Part shown: piece after piece, positions 8,866 through 18,241 of the stretch
Layout: each line of letters starts with the position of its first letter
Position numbering within the stretch: the first letter of the stretch is position 1
Assembly (NCBI GenBank): GCA_044353095.1
Contig: JBILCN010000001.1
Span: forward strand, 11,484 to 75,483
Origin: Candidatus Nanopelagicus sp.
GTDB taxonomy: Bacteria > Actinomycetota > Actinomycetes > Nanopelagicales > Nanopelagicaceae
Reading direction: 5' to 3'
DNA: 64,000 nucleotides
Notes under the pieces: generated by a model
Seen by the model: the letters and a program-made list of their open reading frames with translations, nothing else
What the model was told of the DNA's origin: nothing
Database searches by the model: none
Translations under genes and position numbers: made by a program

Positions 8866-9474
8866 ATGAGTGAAGACAAGGTAAATCGGCTGCCTCGCGA
8901 TGAGCGTCGAGCGCAATTACTTAGTGCTGCATTGGAAGTATTCACGGCTGCGGGATACCACTCAGCAGCGATGGATGAAATCGCAGATCGTGCAAAGGTA
9001 AGTAAGCCTGTTCTTTACCAACACTTTCCATCTAAATTAGAGTTGTACTTAGCAGTTCTAGATCTGCACATTGATTCATTGGTATTTGCAATTCAAAAAG
9101 CGATTGCAGAGCATCGCAGTAATGCTGATCGAGTTAAGGCAACAGTTGAGGCGTACTTTGGCTTTATTGATTCCGAAGGTGAAGCATTTCGACTTTTATT
9201 TGAAAGCGATATGAGTTTAGAGCCACAGGTACGCGAGCGATTAAATCGAATGACTTACGATTGTGCAGCAGCGGTCAGTGCAGTTATCTCTATTGATACC
9301 GGATTGGCAAAAGAGGAGTCAATGATGCTGGCGGTTGGTTTGATTGGAATTGTGCAAACAACTGCTCGCCACTGGTTAGATCGTGATGGCAAAATTGATC
9401 GCACTCGTGCAACTGAGTTAGTTATGAACTTAATCTGGCGCGGAATTTCTGGTTTCCCAAAATCTCAACAGTAA
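8866..9474 (+). CDS. TetR-family regulator (Rv3208-like)
   Basis: RLPRDERRAQLL..A..VF...GYH...MDEIA.RA.VSKPVLYQHFPSK HTH; precedes DUF3107. Confidence 0.9.
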   Translation: MSEDKVNRLPRDERRAQLLSAALEVFTAAGYHSAAMDEIADRAKVSKPVLYQHFPSKLELYLAVLDLHIDSLVFAIQKAIAEHRSNADRVKATVEAYFGFIDSEGEAFRLLFESDMSLEPQVRERLNRMTYDCAAAVSAVISIDTGLAKEESMMLAVGLIGIVQTTARHWLDRDGKIDRTRATELVMNLIWRGISGFPKSQQ

Positions 9475-9516
9475 TTTCAATTGGCAAGTAAGCCAGGAAG
9501 TAGATAAGGTTTAAGG

Positions 9517-9771
9517 ATGGCAACAAGTAAAAAGAGCTCGGCTCACACCGAAGTAAAAATTGGAATCTCTGATAGCACCCACGAATTAACCTTCGAGTGT
9601 GCCAGCAGCCAGGCCGAGGTAATTGCAGCGGTTAACGCAGCGATTAAGGCCAATGCTGTGCTCTCACTAAGTGATACAAAAGGGCGTGAACTTTTAGTTC
9701 CTTACAACAAAATTAATTACGTCGAGGTTGGTGAATCCTCAGAGCGACGCGTTGGATTCGCTTCCGAGTAA
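9517..9771 (+). CDS. DUF3107-family small protein
   Basis: EVKIGI....EL.FE...LSLSDTKGR.LLVP..KI.YVE.G....RRVGF. Confidence 0.85.
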   Translation: MATSKKSSAHTEVKIGISDSTHELTFECASSQAEVIAAVNAAIKANAVLSLSDTKGRELLVPYNKINYVEVGESSERRVGFASE

Positions 9772-10452
9772 CTCCTCTAACAAAAAATAGGTCACATCGC
9801 GGTAGGCATCTGCTGTATCGCTAAGCTTTGCAAAACTCATTACAGATTTATTAGCAATCTGCGCTAGCAGCACATCTTCATTCTCCGGGATCACTGGATC
9901 AAGTACTTTAAAATCTGCACTGAGCGTTGAGATGGTTGAATTTTGCGTAAGAATTTTTTTAATTGGTAAAACTCCTACCTGGATTAGATTTCGGTAGAAA
10001 TCACTCGCCTGCAGGACTCCTCTAACCGATGAAATTGAATCTGTTGTTGGATACAGAACCGCATCGCTGATCTCAGCAACTAGATTGTTGCGTTGATTTA
10101 ATCCAGATGATGTATCAATTACAACTAGATCATAATTTGTTAATTTTGCCTTAATTGATACGGGATCTAATTGCAGATTATCCAGTGCAGTAACTCTTGG
10201 CGCAGATGCTAGAAAATCAATCCGCTCTGAGGTTCGAGTAATTGCTAGATCTAAACTGGCGTTATCTCTTGCTACCTCAAGCATAGTAAATCTTGGATTT
10301 TCAATCATAAATTGAAAGCTCAGGCCGGCACGTTCATCAAGATCAATTAATAAAACTTTTCGACCATACTCTGCAGCAGCAATGGCAATGCACATAGCGG
10401 TAGTTGATTTACCGGTACCACCACTTGAGTTAGCAATTGCTAATACTTTCAT
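9739..10452 (-). CDS. ParA/Soj-family ATPase with atypical Walker A
   Basis: ANSSGGTGKSTT, LLIDLD, YDLVVIDT, and a C-terminal A.AYR motif. Confidence 0.8.
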   Translation of the reverse strand: MKVLAIANSSGGTGKSTTAMCIAIAAAEYGRKVLLIDLDERAGLSFQFMIENPRFTMLEVARDNASLDLAITRTSERIDFLASAPRVTALDNLQLDPVSIKAKLTNYDLVVIDTSSGLNQRNNLVAEISDAVLYPTTDSISSVRGVLQASDFYRNLIQVGVLPIKKILTQNSTISTLSADFKVLDPVIPENEDVLLAQIANKSVMSFAKLSDTADAYRDVTYFLLEELLGSESNASL

Positions 10453-11213
10453 CTACTTCTTGCCTCTTTTAATTGAGGAGGTGATCGAAACGCCTCTGGT
10501 AATAATAAAAGTGAGGAGCGAAAAGCTTTTAATGCAATATCAGTTGCTAACTCTTGTCCCGGAAGTGTTGGTGCACCATAAAGATCTCTTGCCCATTTTG
10601 GAAGCGCCGCACCAGCCAGAGTTGAGATAGCGCCCCAGGTTGGTGCAAATGGAGTTGCAAATCTTATAATTTTTGGAAGTGGTGGAACGGTAATAAAGAG
10701 TGCGGCTCGTTTTGCATCATCACTTGCACGAAGTTCTGGCTTGATATCGGCAAAGTATTGTTGAGTCTGAGATAGTGAGTTAGGTACATCTGCTGGTGCA
10801 ACACCAACTAACTCAGCAAACTTAACCATCTCTAGAAAATACTGATCTTGTTCTGCAACCGTTAACTTCAAACCAGATCGAACTGCAACATCTAAGAAAG
10901 CATCCACCATCGCCATATGAACCCACAGCAGTAGATGTGGATCATCTAGAGATAACTTTGCATGCACATTCCTTACTCTGGCTGCTAATTTATCTGCATC
11001 TGCTTTAGGTGAAAATGTAAGAATTCCAACGTAATCACCAGTTCTTTGTAATCTGCCCCAAGTGTCATCTCGAAAATTAGAGTGCGCACTTACTCCAGCC
11101 ATCGCATCTGGTTGCAATGCTTGTTCCAAAAGCGCACGAAGTCCACCCACGACCATCGATGGATCAGAGTGAACCCGCCAAGTAATTGTTTCTGGTGAAA
11201 AGTATGAACTCAT
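10449..11213 (-). CDS. Oxygenase MpaB/DUF2236-family protein
   Basis: FSPETITWRVH.D..M.VGGLRALL.QAL.P..MAGV..HS.FR.D.WGRL.RT. ATG 11213 overlaps the PHP gene stop. Confidence 0.8.
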   Translation of the reverse strand: MSSYFSPETITWRVHSDPSMVVGGLRALLEQALQPDAMAGVSAHSNFRDDTWGRLQRTGDYVGILTFSPKADADKLAARVRNVHAKLSLDDPHLLLWVHMAMVDAFLDVAVRSGLKLTVAEQDQYFLEMVKFAELVGVAPADVPNSLSQTQQYFADIKPELRASDDAKRAALFITVPPLPKIIRFATPFAPTWGAISTLAGAALPKWARDLYGAPTLPGQELATDIALKAFRSSLLLLPEAFRSPPQLKEARSR

Positions 11214-12055
11214 AAAGTTATAACTCGTCGCTGTGTTGCTAGCGCCTCTAATTTTTCCCACTGTTCTGGATTAGTTGTGTACTCAGCAAGTTGATTAAGT
11301 TTTCCATTGCCGTGGTAATCACTAGCTCCTGTCATCACTAGATTATTCTCTCGTGCTAATTCAATTAATGCATTTTTTTCATCCGGTGAATGATCTCTGT
11401 GATCAACCTCAACACCATCTAAACCAGCAGTAATCAAATCGCCAAAGCTCTCAAAAGAGATAGTTCTTCCTCTATGAGAAGCCATTGGATGCGCAATAAC
11501 TGCAACACCGCCAGCTGCCTTTATTAATTTAATTGCCTCGACCGGCGTTGGTGAGTAGTGAGCCACATAAAACTTAGATTTATTGTGGAGCATTTGTGAA
11601 AATGCTTCATCGCGTGATTTAACTACCCCTTTTTTCACTAGCGCATCGGCTAAATGAGGTCTGCCCAATGTTGCGCCATCTGCTAACTCTGCTAAAACAT
11701 CGTCGATTGAAATCTCAATGCCAGCCTCATTTATTTTCTCGATAATTCGCTGCATTCGACCGTGGCGATTCTCGCGCGTCTTCTCCATGGTTGAAATTAA
11801 ATCTTGATTTGCTGTGTCAAAAAGTAAGCCCAACACATGAACGCTTACACCATCTTCACTTTGGCAGGAGATTTCAGCCCCTGGCACCAAAGAAATCCCA
11901 GGGCGAAGTGCTGCACTTGCCTGGGCGATACCTGCAACACTGTCATGATCAGTTAAAGCAATTATCTTTACGCCCGCAGCTAACGCCTTATTAATTAACT
12001 CAGCAGGTGAATCTGTGCCATCACTAAAGTTTGAGTGGGTATGTAAATCAATCAT
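11210..12055 (-). CDS. PHP-domain metallohydrolase (TrpH/YciV-like)
   Basis: DLHTHS..SDG, LTDHD, GAEIS, HVLG, GRPHLA, AHP, GASDYHG. Confidence 0.9.
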   Translation of the reverse strand: MIDLHTHSNFSDGTDSPAELINKALAAGVKIIALTDHDSVAGIAQASAALRPGISLVPGAEISCQSEDGVSVHVLGLLFDTANQDLISTMEKTRENRHGRMQRIIEKINEAGIEISIDDVLAELADGATLGRPHLADALVKKGVVKSRDEAFSQMLHNKSKFYVAHYSPTPVEAIKLIKAAGGVAVIAHPMASHRGRTISFESFGDLITAGLDGVEVDHRDHSPDEKNALIELARENNLVMTGASDYHGNGKLNQLAEYTTNPEQWEKLEALATQRRVITL

Positions 12056-12936
12056 TGTTTAGACCTTACAACAAAAAAGCCACAACCGATTAACAAGCCA
12101 ATAATTCCTGGAATTGTTCCTGCTGGCGGTGTTTGATCTAGCCAAAAATATGCAAGTATCGCACTTACTGGTACTTCAAAAAATACAACTAAGCCAACTA
12201 TTGCCGGAGAGACTCGTTTTAAAGTTAGGTTAAACATTGTATGACCCATAATTTGAGCGGTAAGCACCAGTGCAATCAATAAAAACCATTCATAATTTGA
12301 AAATCCAATTAGATCATAGCCACCAATTACTGCAACTGGCAGGGCGGTTAATGCACATGAAAGATAACAAACAGTTGTAAAAGTAGATGTCGAGATTTCA
12401 CGTTGCACATTTGATCCAATAATTATGTACAGCGCTGCAAGTGCTCCACCAATTACAGCAAGTAGATCACCTTGAAATGAGCGAAGCGACATACTTAGAT
12501 CTACGCCGGTAATCAGCAGTACTGAAGCAAAAGCAATAAACATGCCGCTCCAAGCTCTGCGCGGAATATGCCCGCCACTGAACTTTATAAATAGGGCTGC
12601 AAAAATTGGTTGGGTAGCGGTTAGAGCGGTTCCAGTAGCAACACTGGTCATGCGCATTGCAAGAAAGAAACAGATGAAGTGCAATGCAAGTAAAGCTCCA
12701 GATATTGCTGACCACTTGATTGCATTTCGTTGAGCAGGTGTTTGCCACTCTCTGCGTTTTAATGCAAATGGCAGCATCACTAAACCACCAAGCAAATTAC
12801 GCCACATAATCATGGTCGGCACAGGCATCAAGCTCTTTGCAATTATTGGACCGGATGCACCGATACCTAAAACTCCAGAAATCAAAAATGGGATATCGCG
12901 ACCAGTTGGTAATTTGGTGTGATCCTGATCTTTCAT
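12052..12936 (-). CDS. DMT/EamA-family transporter
   Basis: About ten TM helices in two EamA-like repeats. TAGGTT-N7-ATG upstream. Confidence 0.85.
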   Translation of the reverse strand: MKDQDHTKLPTGRDIPFLISGVLGIGASGPIIAKSLMPVPTMIMWRNLLGGLVMLPFALKRREWQTPAQRNAIKWSAISGALLALHFICFFLAMRMTSVATGTALTATQPIFAALFIKFSGGHIPRRAWSGMFIAFASVLLITGVDLSMSLRSFQGDLLAVIGGALAALYIIIGSNVQREISTSTFTTVCYLSCALTALPVAVIGGYDLIGFSNYEWFLLIALVLTAQIMGHTMFNLTLKRVSPAIVGLVVFFEVPVSAILAYFWLDQTPPAGTIPGIIGLLIGCGFFVVRSKQ

Positions 12937-13026
12937 GAAGCAAAACCTACCTGCATTTAAATATTCTGCTTAATTGCATTCCATACCAGTCCCTTGAATT
13001 TACGATTATGGGCGAATTAAAGGGTA

Positions 13027-14142
13027 TTAAGTAGAAACTCCAAGTCGCACGCCAACCAATGATTTGGGGCGAATTATTACCTTATCCAAAATACTATTAA
13101 ATGTGGCAAAGACTGATTCATCTGAAAGTACTAATGGATTGCCAGCATCTCCGCCTTCACGAAGTTGAGCATTAAATGCCACCTTTGCAAGTAATGGCAC
13201 ATTTGCGCCAACCAGCTCACTTAAACGCTTTGATGTTTCTTCACCGCCGCCGCTTCCAAAGATTGAAATAACCTCCCCACACTTGCCGCAAGTGGTGTCA
13301 GACATATTTTCAATTACACCAATTACTGGCTGTTTCATTTGGTGCGCAATTCTGCCAGCACGTTCGGCAACTTCAGCCGCTGCAATTTGTGGAGTAGTAA
13401 CAACAACAATTTCACTAGTAGGAATTAGCTGACCTAATGAGATCGCAATGTCACCGGTGCCAGGTGGAAGATCAAGAAGAAGTAGATCTAAATCGCCCCA
13501 GTAGGCATCACTTAACAATTGCTCTAAAACTCGGTGCAGTAATGGTCCGCGGTATGCAACCGGATCTGATCGCTCTGGCTTAAACATCTCCATCGATACA
13601 ACCTTCACGCCATATTTTTCAACTGGTATAAATGTTTGATCAATTGCAGTTGGTCTTTGACCAAGAATTCCCATTAATCTAGGAACCGAATGACCGTAGA
13701 CATCGGCATCTAAAATACCGACCTTTAATCCACGTTTTGCTGCTGCCACAGCTAAATTAACGGTGACAGATGATTTTCCAACTCCACCTTTACCAGAGGC
13801 AATACCTAGAACTCTGGTCAATGAATCTGGTTGAGCAAATGGAATAAATTTTTCTCGACCACCTCGAATTAGCTTCTTTACATTATTTCGCTGTTCCTCA
13901 CTCATTACACCAAAGATAATTTCAACTGATTTAACTTCAGAAATATCAGCCAGCGCACCAGAGATATCTGCTTGTAGTCGATCCTTCATTGGGCAGCCAA
14001 CAATTGTTAGCAAAATTCCTAATTTAGCCACACCATCTTTAAACTCTACGCTTTCAACCATCCCAAGTTCAGTTAATGGTTTGTGCAGCTCTGGATCATT
14101 AACCTTTGATAATGCTTGATTTATATCCTCTATTATCTTCAT
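13027..14142 (-). CDS. mrp: Mrp/NBP35 (ApbC) Fe-S cluster carrier ATPase
   Basis: VNDPEL N-domain, IASGKGGVGKSSV, DADVYG.S, DLPPGTGD, VIENMS, C..C. Confidence 0.92.
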   Translation of the reverse strand: MKIIEDINQALSKVNDPELHKPLTELGMVESVEFKDGVAKLGILLTIVGCPMKDRLQADISGALADISEVKSVEIIFGVMSEEQRNNVKKLIRGGREKFIPFAQPDSLTRVLGIASGKGGVGKSSVTVNLAVAAAKRGLKVGILDADVYGHSVPRLMGILGQRPTAIDQTFIPVEKYGVKVVSMEMFKPERSDPVAYRGPLLHRVLEQLLSDAYWGDLDLLLLDLPPGTGDIAISLGQLIPTSEIVVVTTPQIAAAEVAERAGRIAHQMKQPVIGVIENMSDTTCGKCGEVISIFGSGGGEETSKRLSELVGANVPLLAKVAFNAQLREGGDAGNPLVLSDESVFATFNSILDKVIIRPKSLVGVRLGVST

Positions 14143-14429
14143 AAGATATCTGGATCAATCTTGGGAGCTGGCTTCTCTTCTGTCTTATCCATTACATCCC
14201 CAATTGTTTTTTTGAGAAAAGTTCGTGGATTTAGATCCTTTACCTGTAAATCTTCATAACCTGGCCCTAGATTGCTCTTTAACTCATTGGTTGCATTTTG
14301 TGCCAAGTTTTTTAATTTATGTAAGTATCTTGCGGCATCTGCAGCGATTGATGGCAGGCGATCTGGGCCCATTAAAATTAAGCCAATTACTGCCAAGCCA
14401 AGAATTTCACCACCACCGATATTAAACAT
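14139..14429 (-). CDS. tatB: Sec-independent translocase subunit TatB
   Basis: MFNIGGGEILGLAVIGLILMGPDRLP...DLNPRTF. Conserved htrA-tatB-mrp order. Confidence 0.85.
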   Translation of the reverse strand: MFNIGGGEILGLAVIGLILMGPDRLPSIAADAARYLHKLKNLAQNATNELKSNLGPGYEDLQVKDLNPRTFLKKTIGDVMDKTEEKPAPKIDPDIL

Positions 14430-14432
14430 TTT

Positions 14433-15584
14433 CTACCTCTTCGATGCTATCAATGTAACAGTTACTTCACGGGTTACTGCATTACGTTTAAACTTTATTG
14501 TAACTTTATCGCCCACATTTTTAGAGCGGATTGCAACAATTAACTCATCTGAGCTTTGAACCTCTTTGCCATTGATCGCTATTATCAAATCGCCGGCCTT
14601 TAATCCTGCTTTATCGGCTGGACCATTTGGTGTAACGCCATTGCCTTCTGATGAAATTAAAGCTCCGACGCCGGTATATCTAGAATCAACAGAAATTCCC
14701 ATAATTGGATAGGTAGCAGAACCAGTAGTAATTAATTGTTCAGCAGTTTTCTTTGCTTGATTAATTGGTATCGCAAAACCAAGACCGATTGATCCAGATT
14801 GTGTGCCAGTTGATCTTCCTAAAGTAGCGATCGCAGAGTTCACGCCAATTACCGCACCTGTTGCATCAACTAATGGTCCGCCCGAGTTTCCTGGATTGAT
14901 TGCAGCATCAGTTTGTAATGCGTTAATAAATGAGCTATCTCCAAATCCAGAGCCAGTTGTTACAGCTCGATTCTTTGCGCTGAGAATTCCTGATGTCACA
15001 GTTCCGGCCAAGCCAAGTGGTGAGCCAATTGCAATTACCGCATCTCCAACCTGTGCTTTATCGCTATCACCTAACTGCAAGGTTGGCGCACCGGTTACCT
15101 CAATTTTTAATACCGCTAAATCATAAGAGCTATCACGACCAACAATTGTTGCGGTGTATTTAGCACCAGTTGAAATGGCAACTGTAATTTTGCCTCGATT
15201 AGCAGCTGCTTCCACCACATGGTTGTTGGTTAGCACAAAGCCATCATTGCTTAAGAAAAATCCAGAGCCAGTGCCAGAGTCTCCGCCAGCATCAACAGAG
15301 ATTGAAACCACGCCAGGAATAACTCGAGATGCTAAATCAGCGATTGAACCAGGTGCTCGTTCTACAACATTTTCAGTACTGACAAAATTTCCAGAGATGT
15401 TTGATGAGGTTGTTCGACCAATTGTGGCGCCAACTCCGCCTGCGATTAAGGCAATAACAACAGAGGTGACAATAAAAAAAGAGTTGGTCTGATTTTTAAC
15501 AGAGCGCTTTACAACAGAGGTAGTACCTGGCTGCCACCAAGGAACATCAGGTAGATCAGCAGGTGATGGTAGTTGAGAGCTCAT
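14433..15584 (-). CDS. htrA: HtrA-family membrane serine protease with PDZ domain
   Basis: TM helix, TNNHV, DLAV, TDAAINPGNSGG, and a C-terminal PDZ. Confidence 0.92.
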   Translation of the reverse strand: MSSQLPSPADLPDVPWWQPGTTSVVKRSVKNQTNSFFIVTSVVIALIAGGVGATIGRTTSSNISGNFVSTENVVERAPGSIADLASRVIPGVVSISVDAGGDSGTGSGFFLSNDGFVLTNNHVVEAAANRGKITVAISTGAKYTATIVGRDSSYDLAVLKIEVTGAPTLQLGDSDKAQVGDAVIAIGSPLGLAGTVTSGILSAKNRAVTTGSGFGDSSFINALQTDAAINPGNSGGPLVDATGAVIGVNSAIATLGRSTGTQSGSIGLGFAIPINQAKKTAEQLITTGSATYPIMGISVDSRYTGVGALISSEGNGVTPNGPADKAGLKAGDLIIAINGKEVQSSDELIVAIRSKNVGDKVTIKFKRNAVTREVTVTLIASKR

Positions 15585-16196
15585 TTAGGTAAGTTTATTG
15601 GCAAGTAATATACCGGCGCCAATTGGAATTACAGTTGAACTCCATCTGGCATCCTCTTTAATAACTTTGATTGCATCTCGGCGAGAAATACTCTCTGGAT
15701 CGCGTTGCGTAGAGTCGGCAACTTTGCCAGCACTTAATGCATGATCAATTACTAGCAAGCCACCAGGTCTAAGTAAACGATGTGACTCTTGAACTACTTC
15801 AAATAGATCCATGCCATCTCTTGTGATAACTACTTCATAAGAGTTATCAGCCAACTTTCCAATAACATCAATTAGGTTCCCAGTTATAATTCGATACTTA
15901 GTTGATGGGATATCTGCCTCTTCAAAAACATTTCGTGCAATTTTTGAGTGCTCACGTTCAGCATCGATTGTTGTTAAAACTCCATCACTTGGTAAACCCT
16001 GCAGCACCCAAAGACCACTAACGCCAGAGCTAGTTCCTATTTCTACAACTGATTTAGCCCCCGTTAATTGGGTAAGAAATTTTAAAAAATTACCTACTGC
16101 TGCGGTTGGTTCAGCTGCGCCAACCTCTTCGCCATTCTTGCGCGCAAGTTGCATGAAGTAATCCTCATGAATAAAGTTCTCTGCGAAAGCACTCAT
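15585..16196 (-). CDS. O-methyltransferase (Rv1220c-like)
   Basis: VVEIGTSSG.SG, LTTIDAE, GGLLVID. Start ATG 16196 has GGTGA upstream; the ORF-track start overlaps pepA. Confidence 0.85.
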   Translation of the reverse strand: MSAFAENFIHEDYFMQLARKNGEEVGAAEPTAAVGNFLKFLTQLTGAKSVVEIGTSSGVSGLWVLQGLPSDGVLTTIDAEREHSKIARNVFEEADIPSTKYRIITGNLIDVIGKLADNSYEVVITRDGMDLFEVVQESHRLLRPGGLLVIDHALSAGKVADSTQRDPESISRRDAIKVIKEDARWSSTVIPIGAGILLANKLT

Positions 16197-16222
16197 GTCA
16201 CCACGAGCTGGAATAAAGTTGT

Positions 16223-17719
16223 TCAAATTGAGACCAGCCAACCAATTAAGAGTCGAGTTGCAAATCCAGTGCCGCCTTTAATGTTCTCGCCTGCATCAAC
16301 CTCGGATCTACCAGTACCTGCAATATCAAAGTGAACCCACTTACGTTTGCCAACAAACTTTTCTAAAAATAAAGCTGCAGTAACAGAGCCGGCTGAAAAT
16401 GCATGTTTATCTGCAGTGTGGTTTAGATCTGCAACATCACTCGCAAGTGCTGGTTCGTAATCATCAATTAATGGCATGTGCCAAACCTTCTCGCCCACAT
16501 CATTTCCAATCAAGTGCATCTTCCTAGCTAATGCGTTATCTCTGGTGTACATCGCTGCATATTGTCGTCCTAAACCTAGAGTTGCAGCCCCAGTTAATGT
16601 TGCGACATCTAATAAATAATCTGGATCTAACTTCTCGTCTGCATACGCCAGGCCATCAGCTAGCACCAGTCGCCCTTCGGCATCAGTATTGATCACTTCC
16701 ACCGTTGTTCCACCGTAATGTTTAATAACATCCGATGGTCGTTGCGCGGTTGCACTCAAAGCATTTTCAGCACACATCAACAATGCTGTTACTTTAACTC
16801 TTGGTTTTAATTGCGCCACTGCGATTGTGGCAGAAAGAATGGCAGCAGCACCAGCCATGTCACTCTTCATACCAATCATTAAATCGTACGGACGTTTCAA
16901 TGAAACACCGCCAGTATCAAAAGTAACGCCTTTACCCACCATAACAATGTGCGGCCAGTTACTGGAGCCTTTAGGTGCATAAGTTATTTCAACTAATCTT
17001 GGTCCAGGTTTTGGCGCTGAGTTTCCAACAGCTAACAATCCACCAAACTCTCGTAGCTCTCTGCCAGATTTAACCTTGATTGTTAATGCCGAGTTCTTCG
17101 TGGCAGCAACCATGGATTTGGCTTGTTCTGCAAACCATGATGGGTTTTTAATGTTGGATGGCGTATGAATTAAATCGCGAGTACGCCAAGTAGCTTTTGC
17201 ATAAACAAGAGCAGCTTCAACCTCTTCTTTAAAATCTCCGTAGACCACAAAGCTTGGCTTCTTAGATTTTTTCTCAGATTTCATGCTGAATTGATAATTT
17301 GCTAACACCAAAGCAATTACCATGGTTTCAACAGTTTTTTTATCCTCAACAAGAGCTGATAAAACTTTTGCATCGGTGCCTTTAACTTTTCGGCTTAAGG
17401 CTGCGCTGGCTTTGCGAATATCATCTTGATTGGATTCGCCTATGCCTACTAAATAAATTCTGGTTAACTTCCCAACAGATAATGGGATTTCAATAATCTC
17501 ACCGGCCTTGGCGGCGAATTCTGGCCAATTACTTAACTCAATATTTAAATCAATCTTGGTATAAATTGTCAGATTACTTGCAACTGCAGATTTAGTAATA
17601 CTGGGTTTTTCATTTGCACTTACAGGAATAGCTACTGCAGTTACATCTTCAAATAATTTCTCATTTTTTAAATTGACACAGGTAATAGTGGGCTGGAAAT
17701 CAATTAATTTGCTACTCAA
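16223..17719 (-). CDS. pepA: Leucyl aminopeptidase (M17)
   Basis: GKGVTFDTGG, MKSDMAGAA, NTDAEGRLVLADG, ATLTGA, HFDIAG. The start is uncertain (see findings). Confidence 0.92.
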   Translation of the reverse strand: MSSKLIDFQPTITCVNLKNEKLFEDVTAVAIPVSANEKPSITKSAVASNLTIYTKIDLNIELSNWPEFAAKAGEIIEIPLSVGKLTRIYLVGIGESNQDDIRKASAALSRKVKGTDAKVLSALVEDKKTVETMVIALVLANYQFSMKSEKKSKKPSFVVYGDFKEEVEAALVYAKATWRTRDLIHTPSNIKNPSWFAEQAKSMVAATKNSALTIKVKSGRELREFGGLLAVGNSAPKPGPRLVEITYAPKGSSNWPHIVMVGKGVTFDTGGVSLKRPYDLMIGMKSDMAGAAAILSATIAVAQLKPRVKVTALLMCAENALSATAQRPSDVIKHYGGTTVEVINTDAEGRLVLADGLAYADEKLDPDYLLDVATLTGAATLGLGRQYAAMYTRDNALARKMHLIGNDVGEKVWHMPLIDDYEPALASDVADLNHTADKHAFSAGSVTAALFLEKFVGKRKWVHFDIAGTGRSEVDAGENIKGGTGFATRLLIGWLVSI

Positions 17720-17756
17720 TTTGAACTCATTTATTAAAGATTACTTCAGAATTTAG

Positions 17757-17936
17757 TTATTTTTTAACTAATGCAACCGCTGCTTGAAGCACATTTCCTA
17801 AATTTGTTGCCTCTTCTACATTTAACTCAACTACCAAACGTCCGCCACCTTCAAGTGGGATTCGCATGACCATTGATCTTGCCTCTTTAGTAACCTCCAT
17901 AGGCCCATCACCAGTGCGTGGTTTCATAGCAGCCAT
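17757..17936 (-). CDS. DUF3117-family small protein (59 aa), missed by the ORF track
   Basis: Translated by hand: MAAMKPRTGDGPMEVTKEARSMVMRIPLEGGGRLVVELNVEEATNLGNVLQAAVALVKK. SD GGGGAG upstream. Confidence 0.92.
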   Translation of the reverse strand: MAAMKPRTGDGPMEVTKEARSMVMRIPLEGGGRLVVELNVEEATNLGNVLQAAVALVKK

Positions 17937-18024
17937 TTATGCGTCTCCCCTACTGAAAAGTCCTTAACTTAGAGGAGCAATTATCCCTCATCTAGGGGGT
18001 TGTGGGAAATTGGGTAAGAAAAAC

Positions 18025-18225
18025 TTAAAAAATTGATGAAATCAAGCGGGATCTTCCACTTGCAATCACAGTTAATACTGCGCGTTCTGGCACACCAAGT
18101 TTTCCGGCAATTTCGGCAGCGCTAACTTGATAAACATAATGCATCGTCAAAATTAATCGCTCCTCTTCCGGCAAGCTTTCCAGAATTTCAGCGATACTTT
18201 TTTTCGGCGATTGATCTTCAGACAC
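18025..18225 (-). CDS. Stand-alone sigma-70 region 4-like HTH protein (66 aa)
   Basis: LESLPEEERLILTMHY...S..EIA.KLGVP...V......GRSRL. Its own TAATCT-N7-GTG start at 18225. Confidence 0.7.
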   Translation of the reverse strand: MSEDQSPKKSIAEILESLPEEERLILTMHYVYQVSAAEIAGKLGVPERAVLTVIASGRSRLISSIF

Positions 18226-18241
18226 AGGATAAAGATTACTG

